A DNA stretch of 11,999 bases from a virus: the IMG/VR virus record IMGVR_UViG_3300031867_001436; one strand, given 5' to 3'. Positions 8,101-11,999 of this stretch are shown here, piece after piece. Within the stretch, counting starts at the first letter, position 1; each line of letters begins with the position of its first letter. The notes beneath the pieces were generated by a model, which was not told the origin of the DNA, did not search any database, and was given only the letters and a program-made list of their open reading frames with translations. The position numbers and the translations under genes are program-made.

Positions 8101-11100
8101 GATTATGATAATGGTAAATATAATTTAACATTATCTGAAAGTGCTCAATATGATGATCAAAATATTAGACAGACAATGATGTCTATATTAAAAAATAGTA
8201 GTCTTTATACTCAAATTGCTGGTGAAGAATTTGATCCTAACGCTGAAGATCCTTACGCCTCTTTTTCGCAAGTTGCTTTATCAACTGAAGATTCTGTAGA
8301 AGGTTTTATTAGTCTTTATGAAGAACTATTAAGAATACAAGAATAGGCTAGTAAACAATTAGGAGATAATGTTGAAAATTCTCAAGTATTTCAATTAATT
8401 ACTAATTGGTTAGATGGAATGTCTTAGGCTTATGATAAATATACTCAAGCCATAGAAGATCATAAAGCGGCAGTTGCTCAATTATAGGCATTTAATTTAT
8501 AGGATCAATTAAAAAATATTAAATCTTATAGTGATTATATAAAAGGTTGGCATCAATTAACACAACAGTTAATAAAAAGTGGCGATTATGAAAGTGGAGA
8601 ATAGGCTTCTCAAGCTGCTAGACAACTTTTATAGGATGCATATGGAGATGTTTATAAAAAATATTTCCTTATGCAAGATTTAATTAAACAATTTTATGAT
8701 TCTTCTCATGACATAATTACTGATTAGCAAAAAGCCATTTTAGAAGATATGTCTGTTGAACAGTTAGAAAATGCTTTATCGTTAAAGAATACTGCAATTA
8801 TAGGATCTTGGGAAGATTTTATAAAGATATTACAATAGACCGAAGAAGCTGCTGATGGAGTAGCGACTGCAACAGAAGAGGCAAAAAAAGCTGGCGAAAT
8901 TGTTCCTAAAGTTACTCCAGAATAGATGCGTCAACAAGCTATTGATCAATATAAAAATTATACTGCTGTTGAAGATAAAGTTAGAAAAGGTTAGAATATT
9001 TCAGATGAACAGTTCAGCTTATTAGACGCATAGGTTCAGCAAATGTTTGCAGATACCGCGGATGGTATGCATAAATTTATTGGTGATGCTGAAATATTCT
9101 ATGAAAAAATTAATAATTTAAAAGTTGATGGTTTTGAAAGTGCTATAAAATTTGTTCAAGACGAAATTGATAAATTATCTCAATATCAAAATCGTCAAAA
9201 ATTTGATTACCAAACTTTAAGTCAAGAAGCTTCAAGATCAGTAAAAGATACGAATGGTGTTGCTGTTAATTTAAATGAATTAATGGCTGCTCAACTTGAT
9301 TATATAAAAACTTTTGGTAATGCATCCACTCAACAAATGGGTATTTGGGAAAAGAATTTGGATGCATTAATGTCTGGTCAACTTTTTGGTCAACCATTGC
9401 AAGATTTTGCTACTTAGCTAGCTAGTACTGTTAGCAATATAGGAATAGTTGATGTTGAAGGACAATTAGCTACATTAAATCAACTTCTTCCTGGCTTATC
9501 TAGCCAGTTAGCAGATGCTAGTAAAGGTCCAAATGGATTATCCACAGATTAGATTAGACAAAATGCTGCAAATGAATATAATAAATATCAAAGTCTTATT
9601 GATGCTACTAAAAATGGTGGAACTATTTCAACATAGTTATTTAATAGTTTAGATGAAGGCATCCAAGGGTTCTTTGAAGTTGCTGGCGTTGGTATTTATA
9701 AATTAAAAGACAATGCATAGGGATTTGAATAGGCAGTTAATAAAATAAGTTTAGATTCTTTACGTAAAGGGATTGAAGAATTAGAAGCTGCAAAAGCTTC
9801 TGCCTAGAGTGATTTTAATAAAGGTAATTAGCTAAGAGATAGAGGTACTTATATTAATCAAGATACTTCTGCCGCAGATTTTGCTAAATATTCTAAGGAT
9901 TATGATCTTTTAAAGAAACAGGCTGATTTTATAAGTAAAATGAGTCCAGATGATGCTGATATTCAAAAACAAGTTGAAGGTTGGAAATAGATAATAGAAG
10001 CAGCGGAAAAAGCCGGCAGCGGAATTAAAAAGTCTATTTTAAATTAGATAATGTCTGGATTAGATACTGCCATTGGTCAAACTTCTGAATGGGGATCTGA
10101 ATAGTAGGCTAAATTAGCTACTATGAGATAGTAGTTAGCTGTCTTACAGTAGATGGGGGTTGAATTAGCAAAAAATCAAAATCTAACTGAGATGCAAACT
10201 AAGCGGGATTAGAGTGCAAATGAGTACCAAAATCTTTTAGATGCTTAGCAACAAGTCCAAGGTGGAGAGCCTATTACTAAATAGCAATATGATAGTCTTT
10301 CGTCACGAGCTAAAATGGCTTTTTCTATTAATGAAGATTTATCAAGTTATTCAGTTAGAGATGGAATGGAAGAAATAGTTATTTCTGAAATTCAAAAAAC
10401 TAAATAGAATATATATCAAGCCTTTATAGATTAGTATTCAAATTTAAGTCAAAATATTTAGGATTTATATAAAAATCAAAATTTTGATTATGATAAAACT
10501 TTAGAGAATCAAGGCACCGTTGTTGATGAAAATAATCAAACAACAATGGATGAAGAAAATATTCGTTTAAAAACTGAATATTTACAACTTCTTAATTAGG
10601 AAGGTCTATTAGTTGGTGAAAATAAATAGGATATGTCAGAGTTGCTAAAAAATGCAACAGACATGTTGGATAACCATCAGTTAGATAGCGATATTTTAAC
10701 ACAAATTAATCAAAAATATCAAGAAGCTGGAGATCAATCTAAAACTTTACTTTAGTTATAGAGATAGTATAATAAAAATGCTAGATAGGCAGCTAAAGCG
10801 CAATAGAAAATAAATGAAAATCAAGGAGAACCTCTTAAAATTGATTCTGATGTTAATGCAGATTAGTTAAAAAAATTAACAAAATATCTTATGAATTTCG
10901 CAAAAACTTCAAAAGATATAAATGATGATTTAGCTAAAAATGCGGAATTAGCAGAAGAATGTGCCCATGCTATTTTAAGATATGATAATGCAGTTAAGAC
11001 TGTTACAAAAAATTATGAAGACTGGATGGATCAATTAACGAACGGGAACATTCAAGAGCATTCTCGAACTTTATCAGAATTAGCAGAAGCTTATGCCGAT

Positions 11101-11999
11101 TTATTGAATATGAATGCTGAAGATTTTTCTCCAGATTTCTTATCAGAAGTGCATAATTTAGAGTTAATGAAATCTGCCATTGATGGTAATATAGATTCAT
11201 TAAATGAATTAAGATTAGCAGCTTTACAATCTATTAAATTAGATCTTGATGTATAGCCAGAGGCTTTTAATGAAATTTATGGGCTAATTGAAGATTTTAT
11301 TCTTAATACTGATTTTGACAATATAGAAGTAGGAGCATAGGTAGATGATACTGCATTGATTGCGGGATTAAATAATATGATTAGCTCAAGCCAAGTAACA
11401 CAAGCAACTATTAATAAAATTCTTAGTGCAATTGGTTGGAAAGGTAAATGGGAATCAACCCAACAAGAAATTGTGTTATCAGTTCCTCAGCCTGTAGTAG
11501 AAGATGCACCTCCTTTAGTGGGTTTTTCTTCTGGAGATTTAGGTGCAGGTGGACAGCATTATTCAGTTGGATTAAGACATATAGGAGTTCCAACTACTGT
11601 AGAGACGCCTGTATTAACAGGATTCGTATATAACGGTCCAACGGGTGGAACTCGTCCTTCTTCCGGCGGAAGCTCTGGTGGTGGAGGAGGCCGCGGAGGC
11701 GGCGGTGGTAAAAAAGGTGGCGGAGGCGGAAAAGGAAAGAAAGGCGGAAGCGGCTCTAAAAAAGATAAAGAAGATAAAAAAGATTAGAAGTAGAAGAAAG
11801 AAAAGCGTGAAGATTAGGTTGATATTTATCATGATGTAAATAAAGAACTTAATAATATAGAACGTGCTTTAGGACGCCTTCAAAAGAAACAAGATAAATT
11901 ATGGGGTAAACAATTACTTGATAATTTAAATAAGCAATCCGCATTACTTGAGCAACATAAACAAAAGCTTCAAGAAAAACTTGCCTTACAACAAAAAGA
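5134..11999 (+). CDS. Tail tape measure protein (TMP), 5' partial: more than 2288 codons, continuing past the window end, readable only with about 65 in-frame TAG codons translated as sense
   Basis: An AAGGAG Shine-Dalgarno lies 11 nt upstream of the ATG at 5134, which follows an in-frame TAA at 5116-5118. The TMP conserved domain lies at about 5550-6400 (...TKAALIYAQQGLSDE[TAG]IARRSEITLKTANVTGQSTQAVSEELTAVW...LSTGMSKVASAAAAMGVG[TAG]DQLAAQLSTIISVTRQAPESVGTALRTVYARISD...LDAAGNLRDMG[TAG]VMEEIGGRWQDLTREQQINLAQTMAGQRQYSNLIALF). Hydrophobic helical segments, long coiled coils and a Gly-rich segment are all typical of TMPs. All ORF-track fragments (5320.., 5545.., 6058.., 6271.., 7288.., 8032.., 9043.., 10891.., 11356..) share one frame (coordinate mod 3 = 1). 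They are separated only by TAG, never by TAA or TGA. Confidence 0.85.
11635..11815 (+). repeat. Low-complexity Gly-rich then Lys/Glu-rich segment inside the TMP
   Basis: GGTRPSSGGSSGGGGGRGGGGGKKGGGGGKGKKGGSGSKKDKEDKKD[TAG]K[TAG]KKEKRED. The GGN/AAR codon repeats make a local GC island and generate spurious ORFs in other frames on both strands. Confidence 0.6.

Noticed and set aside
11448-11839. ORFs 11448..11633 (+), 11614..11832 (-) and 11645..11839 (+)
   Set aside because: They are artefacts of the GGN/AAR codon-repeat region encoding the Gly/Lys-rich TMP segment; repeats keep all frames open.
5134-11999. Reading the TAG-interrupted region as a string of about 10 separate small genes or a decayed pseudogene
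   Set aside because: Every fragment is in the same frame and only TAG occurs as an interruption (about 65 times, never TAA or TGA). The fragments lack individual Shine-Dalgarno sites and starts. Conserved TMP domain motifs run straight across TAG positions.
1-11999. CRISPR arrays, rRNA, tRNA, IS elements or terminal inverted repeats
   Set aside because: There are no spaced direct repeats, no GC-rich structured RNA-like islands outside coding sequence, and no transposase-like ORFs.

Overview
AT-rich (~30% GC) window that reads as a bacteriophage genome segment with bacterial-type expression signals: GGAGG-type Shine-Dalgarno sites, sigma-70-like promoters and a rho-independent hairpin terminator. 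A divergent promoter region at 4397-4614 separates two gene blocks. The left block (1-4396, minus strand) carries standard-code genes that all end in TAA with no in-frame TAG. From left to right it holds an RNA-ligase-like gene with frame breaks, four small hypothetical ORFs, an 830-aa major-vault-protein (MVP) homolog, and an HD-domain phosphohydrolase. Three of these genes sit behind near-identical early promoters. The right block (4615 to window end, plus strand) carries structural genes: two small genes followed by a giant tail tape measure protein (TMP) reading frame, 5134 to beyond 11999, more than 2288 codons. That frame is continuous only if about 65 in-frame TAG codons are read as sense. 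It contains no in-frame TAA or TGA, and real gene ends in the same block use TAA. This is the signature of amber (TAG) stop-codon reassignment, most plausibly TAG to Gln as in genetic code 15, confined to the late/structural module. The early module stays compatible with the standard code. No suppressor tRNA, rRNA or CRISPR array is visible in this window.
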